Assembly: GCA_951406725.2 (NCBI GenBank)
Contig: OX597827.1
Location: 62,806,001-62,870,000 of the forward strand
Reading direction: 5' to 3'
DNA from: Octopus vulgaris
Taxonomy: Eukaryota
Length of the DNA: 64,000 bases
The notes beneath the pieces are model-generated. The model did not search any database. It had not been told where the DNA came from and was given only the letters and a program-made list of their open reading frames with translations. Numbering within the stretch: position 1 is the stretch's first letter; every line of letters begins with the position of its first letter. Of the stretch, positions 29,178 to 43,849 are shown in pieces. The position numbers and the translations under genes are program-made.

Positions 29178-29480
29178 CATATTTTACTTCTCAGAGCTCT
29201 CGATTTTGCTTCGGTGAGAGCGGACAGCATCCTTTGGCCAAAGGTCTCACAGGGTCATCTCTTTCTACGAATTATAAGACTTGATTCCTAAATGTTACAT
29301 ATCGCTGAAGATACTTAACACCCAAGTACCAATCTCAAAATCCTTGCTGTCCCCAATATAGCAGATTTTTGAGCATGCACTGCCCTCATGCCAATTCTAA
29401 TTTCTTTGACTTATTTCTCGAATCTGGTTGTTTGTGGTTCGAGTTCTCCTACAGCTTCTGCGACGATAGTTACTTCCTTC
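29178..29480 (-). mobile_element. 3' remnant of an RLE-type (Dong/R4-like) LINE abutting (CAT)n
   Basis: Minus translation ...RIGMRAVHAQKSAILGTARILRLVLGC* matches the QKxALLGTAxILRxxL C-terminus also seen in the copy at 60316-61712. Confidence 0.75.
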
Positions 29481-29922
29481 GTTGCCTGTATTCTTGCAGT
29501 TTTGTCTTTTTGCACCTTGCATTTTTTCGTCTTTTCGACCTCTTTGTCACAAAATGCGTCTGAATAAACATTGCCGGACAGCAAATAGAGACGCGGACAT
29601 TACCCAGAAAATATTTGTCCTTTTTAACCTTGTATATAGTATGCACTAGGGATTTTGACCTTTAAATTTTGGGGAAAAAAATGCAGATTATACTCGAGGA
29701 TTTACGGTACATGTTTGTGTGTCTGTGTTTGTCCCACCAACATCGCTTGGCAACTGATGTTGGTGTGTTCACCTCCCCGTAACTTAGCGGTTCGGCAAAA
29801 GAGATCCGATAGAATAAGCACTAGGCTTACAAAGAATAAGTCCTGGGGTCGATTTGCTCGACTAAAGGCGGTGCTCCAACAAGGCCACAGTCAAATGACT
29901 GAAACAAGTAAAAGAGTAAAGG

Positions 29923-29962
<40 letters not shown>

Positions 29963-31602
29963 GCACACACAATACATACAGGTACACAAGACGTGTGCAT
30001 TCTCAGATTAGTCTGGTCACATAATTTTGAACGTAAACTGTTATACTGTGTAAGAATGACGAAGGTTTTAGAGTGGTGGTGGGAGATGTATGAAGAACGC
30101 GGAGAGGGACCTGATTAACAAAAAGGCACGCAATACAGTATTCCAACTTAGATAACTTGGTATACCTACTAAAATACTTGCATAAGAAACATCTTTTTTT
30201 TTGTTTCGTTTGCTATTTTTGGTGAGTAGTTGTTGTAGAGATGAGACTCTATTGATACCAGCATCCGACTTACTTTAAAATGGAGAGAAATGTTTCGCTA
30301 TTTCATTTCTTCAACAGGTTCTATTGTTGTCTGTACAGATTATATTCTTCGATATTTAGCCTTTTCTCCGTTACCAACGGTAAAAATAAACAAATACACC
30401 ACAAAGTCAAAACTCGCAACAATAACAACAATAATAACTACATCAACATTGGAATTAAGGATCGATAAATCATTGTTAATGTTCTATAGGGTAAACCTGT
30501 TATTAAAACATTTGTGAATAGCGACCTGTTCGAGAGATAACAATAATACAAAGAATTGAAACAGCATGGTTGAGAAAGAGAATAACAGTAATAGAAGCAT
30601 CCAAACACAACTACCAATACAAGGATAACCAACATGGCTATAGAAATCCCGAATGTAAAATATCTTTAGAAAGATGTGACTTCTTTAGAAATCTTGTATC
30701 TTGTGAGAAACTTACAGATAACTCGTATCTCTTCAATGAATATTCCAGTGCTAAAACGATGGAGAAGTCAGGGAAGCGTGTCTTTCTTTAATAAATATAA
30801 ATCTCATGCGTCGAAAGAAAAAGCTACAGCATGCTAGGAATAACAGCGTAATCCCCTCCAAACATGCCCTCCCATTTTCGAAAAGAAAAGATACAGCGCT
30901 TGATGCAATGCTGGTTACAGTATGTGTTTTCTGAAATGGGAGAGGCGGAGCTGGAGCAGCGTAGAGTGATGAAATTCTTTTATACAAATCTGCAAAAGCA
31001 GTATTGGTATGTCATTGGGCATTGCCATATTTGGGCAAAACACCAAAATTGATCAGAAGGCAATGAAATTTACTTCTTTATGGTTGCAGTCCGATGAATT
31101 AAGCAAATAAACCATAAAAGATATAGCAATATATCATTTATAGATAACATATTATTTGCTTGAGGGAACTGGGACATCAAATAACATGTACAGAAGCTTC
31201 ACTATGCTCCAGAATGGGGTTCCATCGAAGATTGTAGATAATATTCATGTAATATATGAAACACCAATCACATTTTGACCAGTAACACCAAAAATTTCGT
31301 GACCAGTGCTGGTGTGGAAAATGTTAGCTCTCAGAAATAGCTAATAACCCGGACACTTACACAAGCGTGAACTTCGCTAAAGATACCTGTTTACCCAACT
31401 GACATATATCTTCATCACCTTTAGTTGACTAATTGTCATAAAGCTGCCCATTGCAGATAGTTGGGTTTCGGAGAGAAGTATGAATATTAGAAACAACCTT
31501 GGGACCTAATAAAGGGCAATTTATTTGAATTTCAGTTATAAAATTGTTTCATTAGGTGCATTCTTTTCTGTCTTACAATATTACAATATCACAAAATATA
31601 TA

Positions 31603-31836
31603 CTCTTTTACTCTTTTACTTGTTTCAGTCATTTGACTGCGGCCATGCTGGAGCACCGCCTTTTTTGGTCGAGCAAATCGACCCCGGGACTCATTGTTTA
31701 TAAGCCCAGTACTTATTCTATCGGTCTCTTTTGCCGAACTGCTGAGTGACGGGGACGTAAACACACCAGCATCGGTTGTCAAGCAATGCTAGAGGGACAA
31801 ACACAGACACACAAACACATACACACACACAAACAC

Positions 31837-31905
<69 letters not shown>

Positions 31906-32088
31906 GATATATATATACATATATACGACAGGCTTCTTTCAGTTTCCGTCTACCAAATCCACTCACAAGGCATTGGTCGGCTCGGGGCTATACCAGAAGA
32001 CACTTGCCCAAGATGCCACGCAGTGGGACTGAACCCGGAACCTTGTGGTTGGTTAGTAAGCTACTTACCACACAGCCACTCCTGCGCC
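31603..32088 (-). mobile_element. SINE family A, full length, boundaries fixed by an empty paralogous site
   Basis: The joined flanks match the uninterrupted sequence at 34504-34614. Confidence 0.92.
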
Positions 32089-32577
32089 TATATTGAATAA
32101 GAATAAATACCTGTAAGTGATTAAAGACCACAACAGTTGACATAAAGCCAGCCATTTTGAGAGAAGTGGCGGAATGAGGTGGGAGTCCATTGCATCAACC
32201 CCAGTACTTGATTGGTACTATTTTATCAACCCTGAAAGAGTGAGAGGCGAATTCTGAAATCAGAAGTTTAAGAGCCAGAAGAGATGAAGTAATTGGTTCG
32301 GTGTAATTCGGCATTTCGTCCGTCTATACATTCTGAGTTCAAAACTACACCGAGGTCGACTTTGCATTTTATCCTTTCGGGTCGATGAAAAAACTATCAG
32401 TTGAACACTGGATCCTATGTAGATCTCTCCTCCAAAATTTCATGCCCTTTCATGCAGAAAGGATTATTATAAATAACGATGCCCCCACCCCGCCCCAGAT
32501 TTTAATGTGGTGAAAAGAAGTTTTCTCAACGTGCGTTGCAATAGGATGAAGCAGAACTGAAACATATTATAATCTGT

Positions 32578-32952
32578 CTGTGTGGTAAGAAGCTTGCTTT
32601 ACAACCACATAGTTCCGGGTTCAGTCCCACTGCGCGGCAGTTGGGAAAAGTGTCTTCAACTGTAGCCTCGAGCCGACTAAAGCCTTGTGAGTAGATTTTG
32701 TTGATGGAAACTGAAAGAAGCCCGTCATATGGCAGTCTGTGTGTGTATGAATTTCTGTCTATGTTTGTCCCCACATTCCCACTTGACCACCGCTATTGGT
32801 GTGTTTACGTCCTCGTAACCTAGCGGTTCCGCCAAAGAGTCCAATAGAATAAGTACCAGGTTATAAATCCCGGAATCGACTTCTTCGACAAGATCCTTTC
32901 AAGGCGATGCTCCATCATGACTGCTGTCAAATGACCGAAACAAGTAAAAGAA
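32578..32952 (+). mobile_element. SINE family A (older subfamily)
   Basis: Diverged head, body and tail. Confidence 0.8.
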
Positions 32953-33496
32953 ACTGTATTCACGTATTTAATCTACAAGACCCTCCTGCAGACAACCTAT
33001 TTCTTTGAGAGGAATACGGCCATAAACAAGACAATGAACGGATTATACTAATCTTATTGTCATATACTGAAATACATTAATTTTACATAATTATAAACAT
33101 ATTAGTGAATATAAAAAGTTTACAGAATAGAGTAGTTTAGGACCATAAATGTTCAGCAAACAGAAACGTCTCACAAATTTCATGGAATATTCATATTTGA
33201 TAAAAACGAGAGACAATTATATAACATGTCATCATACGTATAACGAGACATATTTTGTCCATCATGTGTTGAGTGACTGATTCAATAAATTTAACATTTA
33301 GCACTATTAAGTCATCAACTAACACCGTTTGTTTTCGCACCTATCTTCTGTTCTAGAGGATAAATTTAATGTTCAGTACGTTAAATACGCTTATACTTAC
33401 CAACAGCTCGTCAGGCGAACGTTATTACTGATAATTCAATCTTTAAACTATTCCATACTTTTAAAAGACGATATATATATATATATATATCTGTGT

Positions 33497-33545
<49 letters not shown>

Positions 33546-33677
33546 CATGTGTGTGTGTATGTATATATATATATATTGATAGAAATGGCAAGACAACAAA
33601 AGAATGAAAGAGACCTCAATATTATGTAAATAGAGGAATTTATCTGTAAATATATGTGACAATTATTCGGTAGCCAT

Positions 33678-33739
33678 GATAAAAGTCCAAGTTTCGGATG
33701 TCGGGGAGGGAAACCTACGCCGGCATCTCTTCAGTTATC
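33678..33739 (-). ncRNA. Type I hammerhead motif with damaged stem III
   Basis: Minus strand: gataa-CTGAAGA-gatgccgg...ccgacatcc-GAAAC-ttggactt-ttatc; stem I gataa/ttatc is perfect. Confidence 0.65.
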
Positions 33740-33819
33740 GGGTCATCGATAAAAATACTATGAAAATGACCGTTAAAACAAAGGGAAATTACTGTGTGGT
33801 TGACCGTTATTAAAACAAA

Positions 33820-33939
33820 AGAGCTATTAGAATGACCGCGAAGTAAGGGGAGGAAGTAAATGTAAGGAAGTAAAGTATGAACATTTTTACTCCCTTACAT
33901 TTACTCCCTCCCCTTACTCAGTGGTCATTCTAATAGCTC
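33820..33939. repeat. ~120-bp fold-back palindrome
   Basis: agagctattagaatgacc...agtaaggggagg / cctccccttact...ggtcattctaatagctct with a ~11-nt loop. Confidence 0.9.
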
Positions 33940-35689
33940 TATTATACTCGGCAGTTCATACAATATGACAATCGGTAATAATATTTTTTTTGCCAAAAAG
34001 ATATTTTCTGAATGAATAATTTTTTTTCTCCTGGAAGATGCAATAACTCACTATTTAATACGTAAGTCCGGTCCCTTTGGTCCGTAATATGGAACAGAAA
34101 GGACACAGATTGTGTTAGAGCTCAAATGCCACAACAGTTGTTCAAAAAAGGAGCTCTTAATCATACTATTCCAGAACTGATATTTTCACGAGACGCATCC
34201 ATCAAAACAACTTAGTCTTGTCCGATAGGAAAATATCTGCTCCATCGTGTTACCAACTGTGTTTACTTCCACATTTAGCTTGCACAACAGTGTACTTTCA
34301 ATCAAAGACTCGTAATGAAGTTTGGTCGCTTCTATTTGGAGTCTAAATATTTTTTACTATATAAATGTATAATTTCTGTTACTCTGTTATGTTAGTGGTT
34401 TAAAAATGGATAAAAACAATATTCTTTCATGTATTATGTGTTATTTAGTTAAATACATAGCTATGATTAATGCAAAATTATGAAGACATTTAGTTGTCGA
34501 TAATGAATTTCATTTATAAAATTGTATCGTTATGTGCATTCTTTTCTGTCGTACAATATTACAATATCACAAAACATATATTGAATAAGAATAAAAACGT
34601 GTAAGTGATTAAAGTACAAGTATAGCTTTAAAGGCTAATCCATAATAGTTGTTAAATTTGGTAAGATGTGAAACTAGAAGAGTGTTTTTATATGAGTTGT
34701 TTGTAGAAAAATATGATTTCATTATCTATAGAAAATGAAATCTTTTTCTTTTTCTCTTCATTGAGCACTTTGAATAAGGTTTCCATTGATTTCTTTAGCT
34801 AATAGTGTGACTAAGAGCTCTATTTTGCATAAATTATAGGCTCTTTTATTTCGTGTATATGAGTTAGCTCGAAAAGAAAGCTGCACTATCATATGTAGTT
34901 CCAGATATATTGGGAGAGAATGTTACATCTCTCCAGTTAGAGATTCTAGATATTTAGATGTTGTTAAATCATATCCTATGAAATGGAAAATTTAAGCCTA
35001 TGTACGCATGGGGTAAATTGCTAGTTTGTAAAGTTACAGTATTCGTTTTGCAACCACGTGGCTTCGTGTTCTGTCCCACTGTGTAGCGTCTTGGACAAGA
35101 GTCTCCTACAATAATTTTGTGCGTTAATTTGGGAGACGGAATATGTGTAAAATTCCGTCGTGATTATGTATGTGTGTCTCTGAAAATTAATTATGTCCAC
35201 ACCACGCTTGAAAACCGGTCTCCGTTTGTTTAAGTCCCTGTAACAGCAATTTTACCTTTGAGAACATAAGAGTAAGTGTCGTACTTGAAAAACAAATACT
35301 AGGTCGAATGGTTCGATTAAACCCCTTCAAGACGATGCTGCAGCATGGCCACGCTCAATCAACTGAAACAAGTTAAAGGTAATGGAAAATACATGTGATT
35401 CTAGATATCTTGAATTAAGGGGTAGAATGTCAGGTTTAAAGAAACTTCAAATTGGTTGCCATTGTATTTATCAGAAAATCGAAAATTGCGCATATACTGG
35501 GGATAACCAAGACATTCTATAAAATTTGGTGTGGTAAAAGAAGAGATGTAGATATAGTTATTGAACATTTCACAATAATTTTGCTGAATGGAAAGGATTT
35601 TTAGAGGTAATTTAAAAAAAATCTTAGTTTTAGGAAAGATACTCAGCTTACAAACATATACATATAAAACATAAATTATATGTACGTAT

Positions 35690-35726
35690 ATTTATTGTGT
35701 GTGCATATACATAGATGCATACATAT

Positions 35727-35781
<55 letters not shown>

Positions 35782-35875
35782 GGGAAAGACAAAGATAGAT
35801 AGATACATACATACGTACATACATATATAACTATATATACTTACAGATGTATATAGGTATATACATTTATACATA

Positions 35876-35911
<36 letters not shown>

Positions 35912-35929
35912 TCTATCTATCTGTATATA

Positions 35930-35962
<33 letters not shown>

Positions 35963-35981
35963 CTATCTATCTATCTATCTA

Positions 35982-36043
<62 letters not shown>

Positions 36044-36934
36044 CATATCGTATTTATCGAAGTGTAACTATATTGTCTATATGTCTATATATCTATCTTT
36101 ATGCATGCATAATATAAATATACACATACATATATTTATATGTGCTAATGTATACATATATATGATGTATGTGAACATATGTACATATATATATATATTT
36201 ATACAAATATATGCACACACATGTACACACACACATACACATGCATAAACATCTAAAGAATATATTTCTATAAGGGTATTGTCCATAACAGAAGCGCGTA
36301 TCCCATATAGTTCCGTCGTATATGTGGATCACAAAGGTACACGCGATCATTGTACTATATGGCGCCTTGACAAGCCAGCTTCTATATAATATTCCACTTC
36401 ATTTCCAGACTCATTTGCCTGTTCTCTGTGTTCTGAATATGAGTGGTATGGTATATCTACAAAGTTCTCAACCGAAAGTATATATACATACATATATATA
36501 GAGAGAGATATAGATATAAACGCACATAGGTACGTATATATATAAATATATTACACTATATTATATGATGCATATTTGAAAATATATCATATTATATCAT
36601 ATATATGCAGATATATGTATTGTGCGTGCGCATGTATGCGCTTATTATTATCTGCATGTCTATGCGTGAGCGGGGTTTTCAATTGTCTATATATAAGAAG
36701 ATAGATATTACATACGTGTATTCATAAATGAATGCACACATATACATGTATGCATTTATGCATGCGTGTATGCCTACATATACATATATAGTACATACAT
36801 ATACATATATATTTTTATATTTGTGTATATATATGAGTGTGTGTGTGTATGTATATACACACCCATATATACATATCTATATATATACATACATAAATAT
36901 ATTTATGTCTGCATATATCTACATATATACACAA

Positions 36935-36965
<31 letters not shown>

Positions 36966-37115
36966 CATGCATATATATATATATATATACATACATATAT
37001 ATATACATACATATATATATACATATACATATATATATATACATATATACATATACATATATATATATACATATATATACATATATATATATGCCTATAT
37101 TTATATATATATATA

Positions 37116-37164
<49 letters not shown>

Positions 37165-37210
37165 ACATACACATACATACATATATATATATATGTATAT
37201 ATATTTATAT

Positions 37211-37259
<49 letters not shown>

Positions 37260-37280
37260 CATATATACACATATATATAC

Positions 37281-37363
<83 letters not shown>

Positions 37364-37370
37364 TATAGTA
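35690..37370. repeat. Large (TA)/(TACA)/(TATG)-rich low-complexity region
   Basis: Read directly. Confidence 0.9.
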
Positions 37371-37624
37371 TGTCCGTAGTGTGATAGCATAGTGTCTGTG
37401 TAACCGAGCGTGTGTAGCGAGTAATGGATGCCTTCATACGTGTGTATCAATGTGATTTTATATAAGGTAGCAATTAACAGGCTTAACCATTTCTTTTTTT
37501 TTTATATTGTTCTTCCATTTGTAAACACAACCAATTTTCACACATTGAAGCATAGCACATATCCAAAACGTGTACATAATAAATATACGCACACAGTCCC
37601 ATACACACACTACACATTCACATA

Positions 37625-37657
<33 letters not shown>

Positions 37658-38329
37658 CGCGTACATTCTCACATTTGTAGACACAGCCAGGAAAGAGAGA
37701 GAGGGTGGAGGAGGGAGGAATGGAGGGAGGGAGAGACACACACACATGTACACAAATGATTCCAGAGCTCTCTTGCAATTTCTATAGAATGATTCTATTG
37801 TATTCGTGGTACGGTATGGAAACAAAAGGACTGCAGACTTGGTGGAAGAAAAAGAATGGCTGAGCCAAAAAAAAAAAAAAGAAAAAAAGGAAAAAAAGTA
37901 GATAACGCTGATAAATAGGAATGAATATGGAGAAAACGGAGAAGAAATGATGGTAGGAAAGAATAGTAGTCGTAGTAGTAGTAGTAGTTATTGTTTTGTT
38001 GTAGTTTTACTACTTGTAGTCGTAGTGAAATTATTATTATTATTAGTAGTAGTAGTAGTTGTTTTTTTGTTGTAGTAGTAGTAGTAGTGGCAGTAGTAGT
38101 AGTAGTAGTAGTTGCTGTAGTAGGATATTTCAGTGAAATACAACAAATATGAAAATATAAGAGAAGAAAAAGCAAGAAGGAGAGTGAGAGAGAGAAAGAG
38201 AGAGAGAGAGAGGTGAACGAATGCGTGGGAAAGTAAAAGTAGGAATAAAAATTCAAAATGAAATCATGAATGATACCAAAAAGAACGATAGACAGGAAGG
38301 AAAATGAGAGAAAGAGAGGAAAATATAAC

Positions 38330-38436
<107 letters not shown>

Positions 38437-38530
38437 TCCAAACATGAACAAATAGAAAACATAACAACGCGAGGACGTGGAACAAGTATAGTGTTATTGG
38501 ACGCTCAGGAAAGGAAAGAAAGAAGGAGGA

Positions 38531-38564
38531 TTTAACGTTTCGAGCGGACCTCTTCATCAGAAAC
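38531..38564 (-). ncRNA. Minimal hammerhead motif
   Basis: Minus strand: ttt-CTGATGA-agag-gtccg-ctc-GAAA-CGTT-aaa; related decayed copies at ~21487 and ~42601. Confidence 0.6.
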
Positions 38565-38628
38565 ATAGAAAAAGGTCCAAGGAAGGGAAGACGGAGAAAG
38601 AAAATCGCCAACGATACACACGCGGTCA

Positions 38629-38738
<110 letters not shown>

Positions 38739-39002
38739 TATGTATATATATCGTTTACTTGTTTCAGTCATTAAACTGCAGCCACGCTGTAGTGGCACAT
38801 AAAATGGTTTAGCCGAGTATATATCCACACCACTACTTAGTTTTTTCTTCTACGTTTGGTATTTATTATATCGGCCATTGTTGGGTGAACCGGAAATTGA
38901 AGGGGTGGTAAACAAACCAATACCAGTTGTCAAGCGACAATGGGGGACAAACACAAAAACAAAGGCGAACACACATAGGTTCATATACATACATACTTTT
39001 AC

Positions 39003-39053
<51 letters not shown>

Positions 39054-39399
39054 TATGTGTGTATACATACGGCGGGGTCCTTTCTCTCAGCCAAATTCAC
39101 TCACTAAGCTTTGGTTTGGTCGGTCTGTGACTATTGTAAAGAGGCACTTGTGTAAGGCGTTACGCTGTGGAACTGAACTTGGTGACATGTGATTAGGAAG
39201 CTAATGTCTTACCACACAGCTGAATCTAAACGAAATAAATCAAATACAATGCATGTATTTCTACATATATATATATATGGAATTGCAAAGATAATCTGGA
39301 ATTCGACTGAGGAAATAAAGCTCCGAATAACCCGTCCTTGTTTTCTTTGTATCGTCTGTCTAGATGTTTTGCGTTCTTCTTCTATTTTTGTATTATTTG

Positions 39400-39444
<45 letters not shown>

Positions 39445-39475
39445 GAAAATAAGCAACAAGAATATCTTCGGTAAC

Positions 39476-39560
39476 TTGGTACGATCGTTTCACGCTACAT
39501 CATTTTATTCAACATTTTAAGTATTACAACAGTTTTAAAATGTTGAGCAATCATCAGACA
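39476..39560 (-). ncRNA. Hammerhead motif with long stem II
   Basis: Minus strand: CTGATGA-ttgct-caacatttta...taaaatgttg...agcgt-GAAA-CGATCG-TA; palindromic stem III and GUA triplet, but stem I does not pair. Confidence 0.55.
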
Positions 39561-39874
39561 TTTACGGAAGTTTTCCATCAATACATATGCTTATTTTCAT
39601 GGTAATTGATAACATTATAAAGAGGGTAGATATAAAGACAGAGATGTTGATTTGATGTTAAGAACGTTAAGGTATTAGAATTTATCTTCAACCAACTTCC
39701 AGCAACTATTCTGCCTATATGTCTGTGCACACCTTTGAATACAATGTATACTAAAAGGTTTGCAAATCTAAAAGAGGCCGCAAAAGACATTTTGAGAGAT
39801 CAGAACTTATCTGCTGCTTTTAGTGGTCCAAATCGGATATGCAACATATGTAGGCGTTTTTCAAAACATTGTCT

Positions 39875-40148
39875 GGACTCGCGGTCATTGGATGGCGGTT
39901 TCGATTCCCAGACCGGGCGTTGTGAGTGTTTATTGAGCGAAAACACCTAAAAGCTCTACGAGGCTCCGGCAGGGGGTGGTAATCCCTGCTGTACTCTTTC
40001 ACCACTCTTTCTCTCACTCTTTCTTCTGTTGGCCTGCTCGCTTAGCCAGCGGGGTGGCGTCATTTGAAGGCTAAAACAATGCGAACGCATTGTGACCAGC
40101 GGTGTATAACAACATCTGATGGTCTGGTCGGTCTCGTGATCCCGTGAT
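39875..40148 (+). mobile_element. SINE family D (5'-truncated)
   Basis: Reverse complement of 50273-50555; B-box-like gtttcgattccc. Confidence 0.85.
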
Positions 40149-40177
40149 ATATATATATATATATATATGCATGTATA

Positions 40178-40246
<69 letters not shown>

Positions 40247-40313
40247 ACATGTCTGTAAACATACATGTCTGTAAACATACATGTCTATACATCGATGATG
40301 ATGATGATGATGA

Positions 40314-40360
<47 letters not shown>

Positions 40361-40373
40361 GTCTCTCTCTCTC

Positions 40374-40410
<37 letters not shown>

Positions 40411-40556
40411 CATAAATGAGGGCAAAGGAAAAAATTTCTAATGCCAAATACGCCGAAAAATTGGACATATTGTCCATTAACCATATAATTTTTTCACAAT
40501 ACGCACGCCACCCGAAAAAAGGTCGACAGAAATTTCTAAAAGATTCCATTATTGCC

Positions 40557-40611
40557 ATATCGGACCGATTTCCGAGTTAGCTACTAAGAGCCCTCTCTTC
40601 GTCAGTGATAC
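40557..40611 (-). ncRNA. Type I hammerhead motif between two (TA)n tracts
   Basis: Minus strand: gtatca-CTGACGA-agag...ctcg-GAAA-TCG-GTC-cgatat; one substitution away from the palindrome ACCGGT. Confidence 0.55.
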
Positions 40612-41326
40612 ATGTGGCAAAAAAATATATCCTTACATTATATATATATATATATCTCGCAGCCTTTCCCCTTCTTCTCTCCCTTCCTCTTGCTCCTCCT
40701 CCCCCTTCCCGTCGTCCACCCGCGACGATACTTCCGCCCTGACTGTCTTTTTGGCCTCGCCTTCAAGGTAACTGGACGACATTCTTCCTGCTCTCCTGTC
40801 GTTCACAAAAAATTCTGCGTTTGCAATACTTTTTTCGTTCGGCGTCAACAGCCCTTCTTATCTTGTTTTTCCCTGTCCTGTCTTTTACTGTTATATTTTT
40901 TTACTGTTTATATTTTTTTACTGTTTATATTTTTGTACTGTCGTTACTGTCCTGTTTTTTTACCATTTTTTAACCATTTTTTATCCCTCTGCGAAAAGAT
41001 CTCAGAATTTTAATTGATTTGCTTTTCGCAGGAAGGAAAGTTTCTTGTCGAAGATACGTCTCGCTTTTATCCTTCGAAACGTAGAGTAGATGAAACCTTA
41101 GCGACTGAAGAAGGATTTTTTTCGTTGTGTTAATTGTCCTGTACTTCATTTTTCGTTGTTTTTAAAAAAATGTCCAGTTCCTTTGGTTTGTGTCTATGTT
41201 TTCGTTTCTCTTTGTGTTCGACGTCCCTTTGGTGTCCTGTACTCATATATGCGTGTATATGTACATGTAGAGGTAGGTACGTACATATATGTTTATATAT
41301 ATGCATATGTTTTATTTCATTTATTA

Positions 41327-41367
<41 letters not shown>

Positions 41368-42026
41368 TATGTGTATATATATATATAGGCACGCACACTC
41401 ACACATACACACACATCTACATATACAGCATGGAACACTTTCCACTGCTTGAGCAGGCTAGGAAGATAGAAGTACATATTTATTGTTTCTCAACATGAAA
41501 ATACATGCATTTCTCGATTCCAGAATTTTATATCGATAAGCTTACTAAAGCATGTCTGATGAAGATATGTTTGTGTACACGAACTTTTTTTTCCCAAATA
41601 AATAAACATCCAAGGAAGAGGCAAAAAGAAAAAAAAAAATAATAAATCTCTTTCGTCTATATTTATATTTTACTATCTTGTGATTCCGCCATGATAGCAT
41701 TCCACGTTATCTCTACATCTGGCACTACTTCCACATATCTCGTAAACTACCCTTCGATCTCTCTCGTCTTCTCTGACTCTGGTTATCGAATTGTCTGCTC
41801 GCTATCTGTTTTATCTATCACCTTCTCCTTCTCTGCAATTGAACATTAAAATCTGAACCAGCAGCAACACTTACAATTTGCTTTTGTGTGTTGTATTATT
41901 TGTTTTTATTTTGTGTTGTTTGATGTTTGACGTTTTGTTTGTTTGTTGTTTGACGTTCTGATACTTTGTGACGTTGATGTGTACCGTATATATCATGCAC
42001 GGTACAGATAGTCCGAATATCATATA

Positions 42027-42066
<40 letters not shown>

Positions 42067-42071
42067 CTTAG

Positions 42072-42290
42072 TCTCTTTTACTCTTTTACTTTTTTCAGTC
42101 ATTTGAATGTGGCCATGCTGGAGCACCGCCTTTAGTCAAGCAAATCGCCCCAAGACTTATTCTTTGTGAGCCTAGTACTTATTCTATCAATCCCTTTTTA
42201 GGGGAACGTAAACACACTACCATCGGTTGTCAGCGATGTTAGTGGGGTGGGGACAAACACAGACACACAAACATACACACACACACACAC

Positions 42291-42331
<41 letters not shown>

Positions 42332-42497
42332 TACGACGGGCTTCTTTCAGTTTCCGTCTATCAAATCCACTCACAAGGCTTTGGTCGCCCCGAGGATATG
42401 GTAGAAGACTCTTGCCCAAAGTGCCACGCAGTGGGACTGAACCCTAAACCATACGGTTGGTAAGCAAGCTACTTACCACATAGCCACTCCTACGCCT
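42072..42497 (-). mobile_element. SINE family A
   Basis: Full-length reverse-strand copy. Confidence 0.9.
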
Positions 42498-42863
42498 ATT
42501 AAAATGAAGAAACCAAATAAATGAATAAAAAACGAAAAGAAAAACGCGAAAAACGAACTTGAGGACATGCTGAAGAAATATATTACCTTCAGATTTTAAC
42601 GTTTCGAGCATAGCTCTTCGTCGGAAGAGAGAAAGGGAGACGACCAAAGCAGCAGGAGAAAAATACACACATGCACACATATTTATATAGATAGACAGAT
42701 GGCTAGACAGACAGACAGATAAACCGGCCAGTGAAAGCCAAGCCAGCAAAGGGAAGTTGATGACCTCCCCTAATGGAAAGTTTATAGATGCAGGTGCGTG
42801 CGTCATATAGCTAGAGGCGGTCAACAGCTCGTCCTATTTCTCTGGACTGCAACGTTAATTTGG

Positions 42864-42943
<80 letters not shown>

Positions 42944-43560
42944 GTGTATGTGTTTGTGTGTCTGTGTCTGTGTGTTTGAGGGGTGTGTGTATGTGTATGT
43001 CTACATATTATCATAGGTATATTAGAGCATGCATCAACAAATTCAGACAAATACCTAGCAATGTTAACTTTTTCGAAAAAAAGAGTAAATAGTAGGAGAC
43101 GCAGATTAATCCAGATCCAGTGTCAGAGAGGAGATTTGTAAGGCATAACAAAATTTCTCCATCTGAGATTGTTTAGGTGGACAGATGTGTACACTTGGAT
43201 CTGTGCATGAAAAGCTCAACGAAAAACGAACTCAACCACATATTTACTAACTCTGAGAACTTTCTTGTGTCAAAATGTCTTACCGCTTCGTTAGCGACCA
43301 GTTTCAAGTCTCGTAAAAAAAACTTAAATAAAATTCAAAGAAAAATCATATATACACCTGTACATACATACTTATGCTTTAATAAGGGTCACTGCGAAAC
43401 TCAGAGTAAGGAGTTGTGGAAACCCAAGTTTTTCTACCATTGTAGTAAAATTTCCTTTATGTATTGTGTCATCTCTTTCTATCGCTTGCATAATAATAAA
43501 TAAATAGAGGAGTATACATACACGCACATACACAGGCACGAACACACACACGATCGTCGT

Positions 43561-43612
<52 letters not shown>

Positions 43613-43669
43613 ACAATCGTCGTACAAAATAAAGACTAATACCAAATCCATCCACATAATACATACATA

Positions 43670-43753
<84 letters not shown>

Positions 43754-43756
43754 TAT

Positions 43757-43789
<33 letters not shown>

Positions 43790-43849
43790 GAGATAGATGT
43801 TTTGGTTGACAGATATACAAATACAAGGAAAGAGAGAGAGGGAGAGAAG

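Noticed and set aside
30280-31400. Possible old DD37D/Tc1-type transposase (RSFTMLQNGVPS resembles FQQDGAPSH)
   Set aside because: Only one weak motif; too decayed to support without a TBLASTN or HMM search.
41060-41580. Further HHR half-motifs (cttcgaaacgta, ctgaagaagga, ctgatgaag); also ~58449 and ~58604
   Set aside because: Could not assemble all three stems in order; they may be decayed copies but are not supportable individually.
42718-42792. Candidate internal exon ending CAG|GTGCGT
   Set aside because: The acceptor lies in a (GACA)n repeat with no polypyrimidine tract, and the peptide is unrecognisable.
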